Part shown: positions 40,452 to 54,859 of the stretch, piece by piece
Position numbering within the stretch: position 1 is the first letter of the stretch
How the letters are laid out: each line of letters begins with the position of its first letter
Assembly (NCBI RefSeq): GCF_006345805.1
Contig: NC_043000.1
Location: forward strand, 89,218,001 to 89,282,000
DNA length: 64,000 nucleotides
Direction of reading: 5' to 3'
Origin: Octopus sinensis
Lineage: Eukaryota
The notes under the pieces: model-generated
Databases searched by the model: none
Told to the model about the DNA's origin: nothing
The model's input: only the letters and a program-made list of their open reading frames with translations
Program-made: the position numbers and the translations under genes

Positions 40452-41197
40452 TATATATATATATATATTATGCAAAATGGGACAAGAACGCAAAACATCC
40501 AGACAGCTAGGTGATACAAAAATGGGATATAAAAACATCCAAATAGACGTATATAAATGAAAAATGCATTGTGAATAAACAATATACATATATTGAGGAT
40601 ACAATCAGACGGGAGACAGACATGGAAGGTCCCTAATTCTTCATCAGTTATGAACCAAAATGGTGATACTCAGTTTCGCACCGCTAATGATAAGACTGAG
40701 AACTTCCTATATTGGTGGACCCTGTGAAAGTGACAGAGAATGTCGGGCCTCAAACAAACAAATCAACAAAGAATGGACATACGAAAGTTAAAAAGTATAA
40801 TTCAAGACGATGGTCGAAAGACGAAATAAGTAGAAAAAAAGCAAAGTATGGCCTTTGGGCTAAAAAGACAAGAATGGTGGGTAATGCTTAGAAGAAATCT
40901 TAAAGGACATAGAAAAAGCAAGACAGAAATTTTTTGCGACCGAATGGCAGGGCGGCCGGTGTGAAAAAGATAGTGAAAGAACGAAAGCTGGCCTCGGGCC
41001 AGGTGTCAGCAGCAGGTAGAGGAAATTGGAGAGACAGTGACAAAGAGAAAATAGAGAGAAAATAAGGGAAGAAATGAAAAGGCAAAGGAGAAGGAGAAAG
41101 GCTACAAATACAAGTGAGAGCGCGAAAGAGAAAGAAAAAAAGAGGAAATGGACAGGCTAGAAATAGATGTGGGTGAAAGAGAAAAGGAGAAAGTGAA

Positions 41198-41246
<49 letters not shown>

Positions 41247-41250
<4 letters not shown>

Positions 41251-41942
41251 CAATAACGAATTGAAAGCATGAAAGCAGCGATAGTAGTGTCAACATTATC
41301 GATCGCTCATGCTCAATGTATTTATTTTGATTGTTCGTCGGGTTCAGTGCGGCATAGCGCTTGGGGATGACTTCCTTATAAGGCTGGGTGTTAAAACACC
41401 TCAAAGTTATAGATATGCGAGACAACGCGCCTCAGGTCGAATTAAGGAGTGATGGGTACCGATATTTCGCAAGTTTTGCGGCATATCAACATCAGTTTGC
41501 TTAATCGAACCTAGGTCGAATCGAAGGGCCGGTGTATGACTATATTATAAATAGTGTAAAAACAATTCGATGATGTGCCATAGCGATGCACATATAAGAT
41601 TAAATTCAATAACGAATCAAAAGCAGCACTAGTGTTGTAAACATTAACGATCACACATACTCAATTTATGTGTTCTCATTGTTTACCGAATTCACTGAGA
41701 AATAGCACTTGGAAACGACCTCCTTATAACGCTTGGTGTTGAAACATCCGAAAATCATAGACAGTCGAGATTACATGCCTCAATCGAATTCAGGAGTGAT
41801 GGATACCGATATTTCAGATATTTTAAGGGAGTCTAGCGTTTTAAGGGAGTCGTCCCTAAACAATATTCCGCAGCGAATCCGACGAACAGAAAATACATAC
41901 ATGGAGTATGTGCGATCGATAATGTTTACATTACTAGTACTG

Positions 41943-41944
<2 letters not shown>
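41247..41944. repeat. Diverged ~356-bp direct repeat followed by an inverted partial copy, flanked by microsatellites
   Basis: aattcaataacgaa...ggagtgatggg/ataccgatatttc at 41247 and 41603; 41840-41944 is the reverse complement of the unit's 5' part. Confidence 0.75.
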
Positions 41945-41999
<55 letters not shown>

Positions 42000-42066
42000 T
42001 ATATACATATATATATATATATGATAAATCTCTGAGCGAGGTATAAACAGTAGCTGCAACACATCG

Positions 42067-42477
42067 TGAAGTATTTTTGCCACTTAAATGTGGCTAACCC
42101 CAAGGGTGGATGGATGCTACTGTAGCTTGTAGCCCAGGAGGACACCGCCTCCAGCTGGCTATTGACACACTTTCTGTGCTCTATCAGTATTTGCAAAGGG
42201 AAGCCATCCTTTCCGTCTTCAACCTATGGATATATAAAAAGGATATATACTTGCAAAGGGAGGCCTACTTTTCATCGACAGCCAGTGATTGTCACACGCT
42301 GATGACGGGTCAATACCCAGAAACTCGAGTCCGTGTGTATCATAGGTTGAAGACGGAACTGCCGATAGGGCACAGAAAGTGTGTCAACAGTCAGCTGGAA
42401 GACGTGTCCTCCTGGGGCTACAAGCTACATTAGCACCCACTCGTAGGGGTTAGCCACATTTAAGTGGAAAAATACTT

Positions 42478-42479
<2 letters not shown>
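42067..42479. repeat. Fold-back element with ~140-165-bp imperfect inverted arms
   Basis: tgaagtattttt.ccacttaaatgtggctaacccc...tgtagcttgtagccc mirrored by gggctacaagctaca...ggggttagccacatttaagtggaaaaatacttca. Confidence 0.9.
42293..42337 (+). ncRNA. Minimal type I hammerhead ribozyme motif
   Basis: CACACG-CTGATGA-CGGGT(caat)ACCCA-GAAA-CTCGAG-TC-CGTGTG; perfect 6-bp stem I, palindromic stem III ACTCGAGT, GTC cleavage triplet; one C.A mismatch at the base of stem II. Confidence 0.8.
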
Positions 42480-42546
<67 letters not shown>

Positions 42547-42839
42547 GCATGTGTGTGTGTGTCTGTTAGTGTCTGTGTATAACATCAACAAACTAAGAAA
42601 TAACTTGATATATTTGAAGAATATATTCTACACTGTTGAAGAATATATTCTACACTGATGGAATAGTGGTGCTAGAATAGGAATTAAGAAACTTTAAAAT
42701 ATTCGCGAGTATTGACCCTTTTTAAAACAGTAGGTAACAAAAATTTCATTCCTGGTCAGGGCAAAAAGATCAAGAGATATACGAGTAGTTTTAGCAACGC
42801 TAACAGCACCCAAGAGAATAATTTTGGTAGAGCTTATAT

Positions 42840-43069
42840 ATTTTTCTACTACCCACAAGGGGCTAAACACGGAGGGGACAAACAAGGACAGACAAACGGA
42901 TTAAGTCAATTACATCGACCCCAGTGCGTAACTGGTACTTAATTTATCGACCCCGAAAGGATGAAAGGCAAAGTCGACCTCGGCGGAATTTGAGCTCAGG
43001 ACGTAACTGCAGACGAAATACGGCTACGCATTTTGCCCGGTGTGCTAACGTTTCTGCCAGCTCGCCGCC
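42840..43069 (-). mobile_element. SINE family A, near-complete young copy
   Basis: Full head-core-tail closely matching 13880-14105; other copies at 34540-34716, 46882-47470, 57160-57470, 60350-60572. Confidence 0.85.
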
Positions 43070-43589
43070 CTTAATTTTGGTTGAGCTTATACTCTATTCA
43101 GATGATATCTAACAAACAGTAGAATTAGACCCTGATGAAGCTGCAGCGGTAATTAACACCAATAGGCAATCTTTACAATGTGTACCTTCTTGCAACGTAA
43201 ACGTGCGTAGGTACTGACAATGAAAGATGTGGAAATCTTGGGTCTTGTGTAAATCTTGTAAACCTTGGATGTGGAAATCTCTCTTCTCTTAATCTTTATT
43301 AATTTATTACTTTTTTTCTCTGTCGACTCTATGCAGTCTTTATGAATACATTTGGATTTACCAAAGTGAGGATTAATCGAGTACATGAAATTTAACTAAT
43401 TGGAGTTTATCTACATTCACTAAGGTTAGCCAGCATTGTTAACCGATAAGAGCGAACACGATACCTTCTAGTATTATATATCCCCCTTACCATTTTTGGA
43501 AATTGGAAATTTACTTTCAGATATATATATATACACGCACACACAGAGTAATGTGTAAATTCTAGCAATTTTATATCTATACTCTCGCG

Positions 43590-44302
43590 CATGTGCATTG
43601 TTTGTTCTTATTGACTACACAGTATAGTAGGGTCAGTTGGGCACCGTCTGTAAGAAAAACAGCACCATGACGCAATTCACTCTATCAGAAATTTGGAAAC
43701 GACATGCTGTACTACTACGCATTCGCGCCGGAAGCTCCAATACGAATATCTCAGAGTGTTTGAGTGTCTATCTGAGCAGATGATTCGAAAAGTGGTGGGT
43801 GAGTGTATCGGTGATTACGAAGGTACGGCAACTCGGAAAATTCACTCTGATTGTTCTGATAAGAAAAGAAATCCTGAATTTGTTGGTAAGATCTGAGCCA
43901 TGATTGATAATGATCCCTCCAAGTCAATCAAGTCCCTCGCTCGGGATATGGGAGTGTCTGAGTTTCTCATCAGGCAGGTAATGCATGAAGTCATTTGATA
44001 TTCATCATACAAGATGAGAGAGGGCCAATTTTTATCCCAAGTCATCAAAGACAAGAGAAAAGACTGCACTACGAAGGCTTTGAACAAATTCAAGCATTCC
44101 CTCCAACCGAACATGCTTTGGTTTTTCTCAGACGAGAAAAATCTCTGCCAGGTTGAGATGCTAGACACACAGAATAACCGTTGGCTTGCCGTGTCTCCAA
44201 AACATGTACCGAAAGTGATAAAAATCAAACATCCAGTCAACATCATGGTGTTAGGAGTGATCACTGGTGTTGGCGAAGTTATGCCTCCATTCGTCTTCGC
44301 AT
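43590..44302 (+). mobile_element. DD37D (maT-like) transposon relic, 3'-truncated
   Basis: MTQFTLSEIWKRHAV..., LWFFSDEKNLCQ..DTQNNRWLAVSPKHVPKVIKIKHPVNIMVLGV; same family as 33015-34066. Confidence 0.85.
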
Positions 44303-44322
44303 ACACATGCATATATATATAT

Positions 44323-44404
<82 letters not shown>

Positions 44405-44922
44405 TATATATATATAATATATATATATATATAAGGAAATGCTAACAAAGGAATAACGATTATCTTATGAACTTCATTAGCTGAGAACTGATTCTGCTAT
44501 CAGATGCAGAAGTTTCATAGTTGAGTGCTTGAATAACACCTTATAACTTCATCGGACCCTTGAATATGAAGTGCAGTTTATTTGGGAAAGAATAACAGTT
44601 ATACGTATATATAGGGAAAAGCATTGTCAATGAAAAAGCCAACTGCCATTCTAATTTATCATGCTTTTCACACATTACCACAATTCTTCGCGATCTCTCG
44701 ATGAGCTAGATATAACTACTAATCCTCACCCAAAGCACACATTGAACTACGTAGTTTTTTTTTTTACTATACAATAAGACAAGGTGGTCTTTGATCGAAC
44801 GCCTATTCTCTTAATTCTATTCAATCTTGTTAGGTGTTTAATAAAAAAATAACCAATGCACTCGAATAATGTTATGCGTATATATATATGTGTGGCGGTG
44901 GGTATATATATTTATGTGTGAA

Positions 44923-45115
<193 letters not shown>

Positions 45116-45177
45116 TATATATATAAGAAATATTGAATTTCTAAATCTCTCGTGGAGACCTGTACGGTGGTGGGGCG

Positions 45178-45388
45178 ATAGAATGGTTGTATACTGTCAA
45201 TCTAACAAGAACGTGACAGTAGGGGGTACACCACCGTTGTATAGCCCTAGGAGGCATCGAACGCCTCCTGACAGCTTCGACACATTTTTTGTGTCGAAGC
45301 TGTCAGGAGGCGTTCGATGCCTCCTAGGGCTATACAACGGTGGTGTACCCCCTACTGTCACGTTCTTGTTAGATTGACAGTATACAAC

Positions 45389-45396
<8 letters not shown>
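45178..45396. repeat. Perfect inverted repeat: 107-bp arms, 5-nt TTTTT loop
   Basis: Left arm 45178-45284 is the exact reverse complement of 45290-45396; both strands give the same peptide MVVYCQSNKNVTVGGTPPLYSPRRHRTPPDSFDT. Confidence 0.95.
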
Positions 45397-45428
<32 letters not shown>

Positions 45429-45463
45429 TATATATATATACATATATATACATATATATATAT

Positions 45464-45522
<59 letters not shown>

Positions 45523-46254
45523 TGTATGTATGTATGTATATCAAAGGAAATGTGCTTTTACATTTCGGGCAATAGTCTTTCATTAAAAGAAAAGTAAAGG
45601 GAGAATTGTAAGGAGATTGTGAGAGAGAATCAGTAGCTGTTAAAAGGAGAGAAAATATTTAGTAAAATGTATTATTTTACTATGCTTATATATATTCTTT
45701 TATTCTTTAACCTGTTTCAGTCATTTGACTGAGGCTATGATGGAGCACCTATATGTATATGTGTGTGTGAGTGTGTGTTTGTGTGTGTGTCTGCATATGT
45801 ATGTTTATGCACATACATATATACCCAACTAAAATAATATATTATATATATTATGGTATATATAGACAACGTTTAAATACACGTACAAATAAGAAGACAC
45901 GTTACAAGCATACTAATATATATACACGCACATTTCTCCTTGAAAACACAGAATAAATCACATAGACAAGAGGTAATAAGACGCAAAAAAACACTAATAA
46001 TCCACACGAAAACGTTACATTATGCAAAAACCAATGCAGATATATAAGAAAACTAAACAGAGTGCAAAGAAAAAATATTTTAAGTTTGTGCGTATGAGAA
46101 AATATAAAATTGTAGATTTCTGTTATTCTATCAGCAGTCTTGATCAAATTAAAAAAAAATTATATTCAAGTAAGAAGCAAAACATGTTTTTTTATATATT
46201 TTAGACAATGCAAGATGTTTTAAAAAATAGTGTTTCTGTGTGTGTGTATGTGTG

Positions 46255-46285
<31 letters not shown>

Positions 46286-46683
46286 TGGTGTGTGTGTGTG
46301 TGTGTGCATTTATGTTTGTATAGATATGCACATTTATGTATATACATGTATATACAAGTTACTATATTTATTTGTAAATTTATAACTATAAACATTTGTG
46401 TGTATAAATAAACATATATATGTGTGCATGTATATATTCATAAATATGTATACATACAGATATGCATTTGTATATAGATAGAGAGAGAGGGATGTGATTG
46501 AAGGAGGTAAATAGAAATAAGCATGCACTCACATATATATAATTTTTTACTTATATAAATACATGTATACATACATAGAGACGTATATGTGCACACACAG
46601 CTTTAAAAATAAATGTACATATATATCATAAATATATATGTGCGTGTGTGCGTGTGTGTGTACACGCGCATTCACACACTTAA

Positions 46684-46715
<32 letters not shown>

Positions 46716-47888
46716 CATATATAACATAAAAAGAAAAATGTCTTTGTCGTTCAATCATGTTAACCACATGTTAACCATTATTCAATGTAATTTAGTAACA
46801 AAAATTCTTCTCTTCTTCGTATCCATATGAACTTTCATACTAGAGGTCACGATTCCAATCGTCAGTATATATTGATATATGATGAGGAGCTGACAGAATC
46901 GTTGGCACGTCAGCGAAATATGCTTAGAGGTATGTCGTCGGCCTTTACGTTCTGAGTTCCTATTCCACTGAGGTCAACTTTGCCTTTCACCCTTCCGGGG
47001 TCGATATAATAAGTACCAGTCAAATATTAGGGTCGATGTAATTTAATTCCCCTTCCCCTCCAAAACTGCTGGCATTCTTCCAAAATTTCAAACCATTATA
47101 TAAGAATGTAAAGGCGACGAGCGGGCAAAATCGTGGGCACGCCGGGCAAAGTATTTAGCGGTATTTCGTCTTTATGCCCAGAGTTCAAATTCTGCAGCGG
47201 TCGATCTTGCCTATTATTTAATTGGGGTTGACTTAATCTCTTCCTCCAAATTTTCAGGCATTGTTCCATAGTGCAGAAAGAATTGCATATAACGATGTGA
47301 AGCTGCGGCGATCTGTTAGAATTCTTACCACGCCAGGCTAAATGCTTAGCAACATTTCTTCTGTCAATTTCTCTTCTAGGTCAAAATACTGCCGAGTTCG
47401 ACTTTCATGCAATGGGGGTCGATTGCTTGTTTAGCACTGGTGTCAATTGCTGGCCTCGAGACAAAATTAGAATGAATTATATATGACTGTAGAGTATAAT
47501 TTCAGTTCAGTTTAGCTGAAATTTCTGTGTAGAATTTCCATTCCTGCCACATTAGTTATTTAATATGTTTTTCATCACAAAGAAAAAAAATCATTGTTCT
47601 TCGATATGGTGAATTTTTTGGAACATTTTTCAATGAAAAGAAAACAAAATTGAAGATATTTGTTAGTTAAAGAATATCCCGTAGGCTAAATTTGAATCGA
47701 AAGAAAACTAATTATCTTTCTTTAACTTGGAATTTAAAACAAAAATTAATTTTACACAAGATACGTAAATTTACGTAATGCAAATAGAAATACATAAATA
47801 TATGCAACTACACACACACACACACAGATATGTATGTATGAACATATATACATGCACACACAATTATATATATATATATACAGAGTGA

Positions 47889-47936
<48 letters not shown>

Positions 47937-48078
47937 TAGACAGACAAATGGAAGGAAAGATAGATACATATATATCTGTGTCTCAATGCGTGTAGATCTA
48001 TGCAAACATACACACACACATGTGCATATATGTATGTATATACATGTGTGCGTGCATGCATATTAAAAGCAGGCTTAC

Positions 48079-48193
48079 CTTGGACGACATCGAAATTGGT
48101 TTTTGCTGGCATCAATACATTCACATGTGTAATCACAGCCGTCTTCCCATGTCTCTCCTTGTTTGTAGACCTTTGAATTGTACATGCAGACAC
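48079..48193 (-). CDS. Exon: N-half of VWC-like module 3
   Basis: Acceptor ttattgctcaag, donor gtaagc; 115 nt, phase 1 to 2; GVCMYNSKVYKQGETWEDGCDYTCECIDASKNQFRCRPR. Confidence 0.9.
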
Positions 48194-48308
48194 CTTGAGC
48201 AATAAAACGAAATATATTAGCTACAGGAGACGTTCCAGGCATTCACCAACCAAATATAAGCAAACACAAGGGTCTTAAATTATATTAAATATCATTTATA
48301 TATATATT

Positions 48309-48340
<32 letters not shown>

Positions 48341-48469
48341 TAGATAGATAAATAGATAGATAGATAGATAGATATATGTGTGTGGAGGTGCTTCTGTGTG
48401 TGTATATAGGTATATATATATATATATATATATTATATTATATGTATATGTGTCTGTGTGTATATATAG

Positions 48470-48580
<111 letters not shown>

Positions 48581-49560
48581 CCCTTTCTATCCTTCTATGA
48601 GCGTCTTATTAATACTTTGCATGTACCACGTCCTCGAGTTGTTGCTTTTCTTGTCTGTTTTTCTTGTTTTTTTTAAAATTATGTATGTATATATACTATA
48701 TACTATTTAATTGAATGCCACGCATCAATTTACAAGTAAGTTTATATATATATATATATATATATATAGTGTTAGATATGGATTCAGAGAAACCTCTAAT
48801 GGAATCGACTAACTTAGTAATCTGATTCAGAGAAATGTAATGTAGAGTGTCCATATAGTCGAAATCCAGAAGATGATATTATCTAACGAGGAGTATATGA
48901 ACCATTAAAACTTAGGATGTATGAGAGGTGAATATATTTATTTAACTTCTTGACATTGCAGAAAAATGCGGCCGTTTCGCAGCATTTCTTGATGTAGTAA
49001 TAAGTTTAGTGAGGAAGAAATTATGCTTACATTTTTGTATTAATATGCATGTGCTGAATTATACAATACAATTGTTTTTATTCATTGTTATCCCTCTCTG
49101 GCACTAACTAATTGTTTGGATTCCCACTATTTTGCGTGCATCTCATAAGATATTATCGGTCTTCCGGTTTTTAAAGATAAGTAACCTGTGCTCTTATTAA
49201 ATTCATTGGTCCGGCAGAATATCTTTGACTGAGAAGACACACAACTACACCGAAACACTGCAATGTCTTTAAATCCCCTTACACTGGTTAATCGCGTGTA
49301 CAGTGAACACATAACTTACAAAGAGTGGAGGTGTTCTCTGCTGACGAAAAACAACAGCGATCAGTTATTCACGTTCGAATCAGCCGGAACTTACTAAAAA
49401 TGGGTAAATACGCTATATTTATCGATTGGATTCTCGCTGTTCTGCATGTATGCCATGAATTATAGTAGATTAAAATTCCAAAGATGCGGATGATAAACAG
49501 GAATGATTTATGAGTAAATTTTATGTGTAAAATATGGAAATAAAGATAAATAAAATATAC

Positions 49561-49730
49561 CTTTATAAATAGTTGTGGGCACATTACTTCTTCCAAATCC
49601 ATTCTTTGAACCTCGGAATCCACTTGGTACGGTTGTATTATCTCCGCATTGTGGAAATTTGCAGCACTTAGAATCTAGTGGATCTGGTTTCATAGTACAC
49701 TTTGATGGCACGTGTGAATAGCTTGCGCAT
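49561..49730 (-). CDS. Exon: C-half of VWC-like module 2 plus linker
   Basis: Acceptor gttaatatag, donor gtatat; 170 nt, phase 2 to 1; CASYSHVPSKCTMKPDPLDSKCCKFPQCGDNTTVPSGFRGSKNGFGRSNVPTTIYK. Confidence 0.9.
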
Positions 49731-50307
49731 CTATATTAACACAATGAAACGCCGTGAAAATTACTTAAAAAGCTAATTGCTAGGAACTCAGAATCATTGT
49801 TTTTTTATGCTTCTACTAAAATCCCTGTTCTTCTCACGTAGACCCAATAGCTTCTTTAACACCGTGAAGTATCCGCTACAGTCTCTTTACTTCTTATGAA
49901 CTTTAGCACTCTAATGTAAACTATACATATATTAAACTGGAGATGAAATATGTCATAGGCAATATTTTGTTATAAAATAATAATAAATAAATAAAATAAA
50001 ATAATAGGAAAGGAAACACTGAGATAAGTACTAGAATAATTTTATTTCTTATGACAGTGTCTCTTGAGTGATGCCATAGCATGAAGCTATTTGCGACACG
50101 AAAATAATTTTTAAAATTCTATATAAAAATGTGTAAAATTACTATTAAAATTCTAAATAGAAATTCTTGATAACTACTCGTACATTTCTTTTATCGAAAC
50201 ACGAAACATTCTATAATATTCGGGAGTTTAATCTTGTTTAAAGGTTAAATGTTATAAATGTCATTTTAAAAAATATTTACGAAGTTGGTACGCAAAATGT
50301 GGCAATA

Positions 50308-50521
50308 CAGGATGACCATAAAGTCCGGATAAACGGATGTGTCTAAACTAATAGAAGTATAGAGTCATTATACCGAGTTCATGTGAACCTCGTAAAATGC
50401 GTCGAACGTCGCATCGTTAATGGTGAAAACCATGTTGAAAATGTTATTCATTAATGTAGCTGAATAAAAACTATTGAAAATATACATTTTTGCCAATGTA
50501 CGTAGATTTACGGTCACCCTG
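50308..50521. mobile_element. Tc1/mariner-type MITE
   Basis: TA-CAGGATGACCATAAA left end; TTTACGGTCACCCTG-TA right end. Confidence 0.75.
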
Positions 50522-50839
50522 TATATCTTCATTCGTTGTAAAATGCAATGCGAATAAAACAAAGGTTTGCGAGCTACTACTTTGAAAAGGATTTGAATCT
50601 CTCTATAGAACTTCTATCGTGATTGATTTATGATATATTAAAAAATTTAACATTTGTCGTGTTTTGGCCGTGACATTTTATTAATTCAATAATTTCACAG
50701 CATTTAATTCGCACTTTCATTCTATTTTATTTCAGAAGAAAGATCCTATGTTGAATTTCAACGGAAATCACTCTACAATACGTTATTGAGGCGAGTCGAA
50801 CAATAGCTAACTAATATGACATACATACATACATATACA

Positions 50840-50871
<32 letters not shown>

Positions 50872-52086
50872 CATATATCGTATAAGGAGAATAATAGCTG
50901 GTACTAGTGAAATGAGAAAATGCTATTTACAACCGATATGGTAGTAGATATATGACAACGAAAACTGCATAGATGATTGAATGTAGGTTGAAAAACATTT
51001 CAGTATTCAGCGTCGGCACTCTTCATTCTGAGTTCGAATTCTGTTAAAATCTAACTATTGTTAATATTACCTATCCTATAAAATAAATACCAGCCAACAA
51101 GGTAACCTCTGCGTAGTCACATGGCCTGTTGGAAATAGCAGCAACATTGCCCTCATCTCACGCGCCCATGATCGTTCGACAAGAAAGACATATCGGATAA
51201 TGCAACGATAGAGTATGTCACGGAAAATGACGGGCCAGATAAATCTAGGATATTTTTCGGCTATTAGTCCGACGAGCACAAAACGAAATAAGCACCGGTC
51301 ATATACTAGAGAGATGGGTGAACGTCAAACAATTAGACAAAACTTTCATGCATTACCTCTTGTCAAAGCCACGAAGGTGTACTTTACCGTAAACACCGAA
51401 AAAATATAGTAAATTAATTAAGAATATAGAAGTACCAGTAGACTCAAGATCATGCGAATAATCGGGAAATAAATAATGAAATGGTAATAATAGATAATAT
51501 CTATCACAAGTCAAGTGCCATTTCTGACTACAGGGTCGGAATCAAATAAATGGACAAAAGCTCACTAGACTGCTTCTTCGTCGCCCTTTTCAAGCCTAGC
51601 CAGGCTCATGGACCCGGTTTCCTGGTTTCTGTGGCGTATGTGTTCCCCCCGGCTGGACGGGACGCCAGTCCACGCAGCATTACGCAAGAAGCAGGAAGAG
51701 AGAGTGAGAGAAAGTTTTAGCGAAAGAGTACAACAGAGATCGTCACCACCCCCTGCAAGAGCCTCGTGGAGCTTTTAGGTGTTTTCGCTCAATAAACACA
51801 CACAAAACCCGGTCTGGGAATCGAAACCGTGAGTCCGCTACCCTAACCACTGGGCCATTGCACCTCCAGACTGCCTCTTACCAAGGCCAAAAGGACTAAA
51901 TCCACGTAGTTATAAAGTGGTACTTCAGTGTAAGCACCAAAGATTAGTGGTAATATAGGAATAGTAATATAGTAACATATAATTCCGATTAAACCATCAC
52001 CATAAAAAAGCAAAAATTGATTTTCGTGACTGTATGAATTCAACACGAAAGCAGCTGTAACCATTCAGAAGTTTGTACACACACAC

Positions 52087-52222
<136 letters not shown>

Positions 52223-53677
52223 ATATATATATATATATATTCTCGAAACTCAAATAACTAATTACGAAATGGTAACCACTCAATCATACCTTTCAATCAT
52301 CAGGTATATTTTTGTTCTAATATAAAATTGATATGTCTATGAACTTCCCTAAAAGATTCTATGATAAGATTTGGTCTTTTTACTATAACATTAGTTTGTT
52401 AGGAATTTAAGTCAATATATAGAATTCTTCAGATGATTGATTCGCTTATCGTCTGCAAAAATATACAATATATAGAAACAATAGCTAATAAGATAAATCT
52501 ATTTCTCCATTATTCGAAAATTTATTAAGTTTTGTTTTTTTTAATCTTTATTGGTATTATAATGTGTAGTTGAGAAATGTTTGAAGAATAATATTGTTTA
52601 CGTTGTTTTGTTTGGTGTTTTCAGGAAGGAAGTTTCTATTAAAGTTTGTTTTCATGTTCTTCAGCTTGAAATTTTAAATTGGTAAACTAGAGAAATTTCC
52701 AATCTGAAGATGAGCGATAAATAAATTGGAACGTTTTTCTCTTTATCAACAGGAATTTTAAATTTCAATTCAAATAGAAAAACACTAATAAAAAAATAAT
52801 AATGCGAAATTATGAATCGATGAAAATAATTCAATCACTTGCTGAAACTTGATGGATTTCGACTTCGATCTTGGAGATCGGTTACTAAGACAGCAATGCA
52901 TTAATGAAGATTTCTGTCAGAATTGGCACTTTTTGACTAGAGAAAGATATAATTGATTATTATCATTTCATTATGTATTTCCCGATTATTTGCATGATTA
53001 TCAGTCTACTGGTATTATGATCTGTCACTGACGCTAACACTGTCCATAGCCTATGCTACCGCTTCAGTGTAATTTATTGTTTATAGTTACTGTGCGCGGT
53101 AGATACAGTTAGTTTATTATATTGAGCTTAAAATGGAGACCGTATTATATATACTACCAACTTTCATGACTTGGAATAGGATCGGAGCTGTAAATGAAAT
53201 CTAATGTGTTACTTGAATTTCAAATTCATGCAATAAGTTCTAACATATAAGGCGTCAGCTCACCAGGGAGCCTTGCTAACCAATAAGGGAGCCTCTACGC
53301 CATTAGTCAGTTTCTAAAAATAACAGCGAAATTTCTTCCTAAAATTACATCCAATTGTCTTTAAAAAAATTACGCAACACTTCGGACTACGGAATTTTAC
53401 CTGAAAAAATAAAACGAAGCAGTCACTGCTTAAACGGCTCTGATCATTGGTCTACTCAGCCGAGCCAGACTTGGTTAAAAATAATAACAGCAACAAATCT
53501 TACACACTGTATCAAGCAAGTCGAAATATATTAAACGCAATCAACAGTAATAAACCAAACAGTTCATTTGTACAACAGCAATAAATACATTAAAGACAGC
53601 AATTACCGAAAAAAGATGCGTTTGAACATGGTAACCCTAGAGATAAATAACTATATAACTAGAAACAATTTCATTAC

Positions 53678-53792
53678 CTATCTTGGCATCGGTAATAGCC
53701 GTACTTTCCATTTTCACAAACACATGATTTGCTGCAGCCATCATTCCACTGGGCTCCTTCAGCATATGCAGTTCCTTTGTAGAAGCACTTCC
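53678..53792 (-). CDS. Exon: N-half of VWC-like module 2
   Basis: Acceptor atatccag, donor gtaatg; 115 nt, phase 1 to 2; GKCFYKGTAYAEGAQWNDGCSKSCVCENGKYGYYRCQDR. Not in the ORF track. Confidence 0.9.
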
Positions 53793-54859
53793 CTGGATAT
53801 ATGAAAAAAAGGAAGTTACCCGTCATGGTTGTATAGCACTGTAATCTCTTTAGAACATTACTTCAGATTTTGTTTCTATGTAACATACCAAGTGCAACTG
53901 TTCTGAAACTGAGCGTAATTCTTTTACGATGTATGAAAAAACATTTCCAGAGGGAGTATTTGGTTCGTTGACTAGGACAATACGGAGATCAAATGAATTT
54001 GATAAATGAGTACAGAGAAATCTCGAGAGAAAGATAAGAGAAAAAAACAGAGGCCAGTTTAATATAATAAAGTTATGCAAAGTTACGTAGCTATTATTTC
54101 GTCTAATTATGTGTCCTAGATTGGCTTATTAGTTCTAATGTTAAGCTCTTATGGTGTTTAGTGTACGAGAAATACATTACATAGAAAGGGTGTAAAACTA
54201 TAGTAAGCTATTTTAAATCAGTTTGAACTGAAGAGCACTGCAATTCAGTGAATCAAAGAGAGAACAATTTCACCATTATTTACTGCAGCAAATACTATAC
54301 TATAGGAGAGGACTATTATGATGATGAGGGAGAAAATTTTGCAGGAGTAGACTAGTGGACTAAAATGCTTCTCAGTAATAAATTGAGTCTCTTAATGTTC
54401 AAATTAGATCATTCTGAATTCAGCTTTATTTCTTAGTCGGTCAAAGTAAGATAATTACCAATTTATATTGCAGTTGATACAATTGCTTCTACCCACCGTA
54501 CAAACATGGCTTTACATCTTATTATTATTAAGTTTTAAAAGCCCGTAATGAATTACCTATCAGTATTTATTATCATTACTTATGCATTTGGTTTCGACTT
54601 CAAGCCTCCAATCGAACTACTGACTCATATTTATAATTTATCTCTTCAAAGTGTGTAATAAAGCTTTAGCAGTACTCTAAGTAGAATCAAATATACGAAA
54701 TGTGGCACATCCGTTCAGTAACTGTTCCAGTGACGTAATAAAAAGCTGACAGGTTCATCGGCAAAATGTCGTTCGTTTCGGGACTGAAATTTGTCTATAA
54801 ATGCAATAATATTAAAGAAAAAAAGAAACGAAAGCCTGTAAGAACGAATTTTAAGATAC

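Noticed and set aside
43153-43386. Minus-strand ORF in the 17-kb intron as a candidate missing exon
   Set aside because: No Cys pattern or clear splice sites; exons 48079 and 30830 already join in frame (AG|G).
45183-45377. Same peptide encoded on both strands
   Set aside because: Trivial consequence of the perfect palindrome; no coding evidence.
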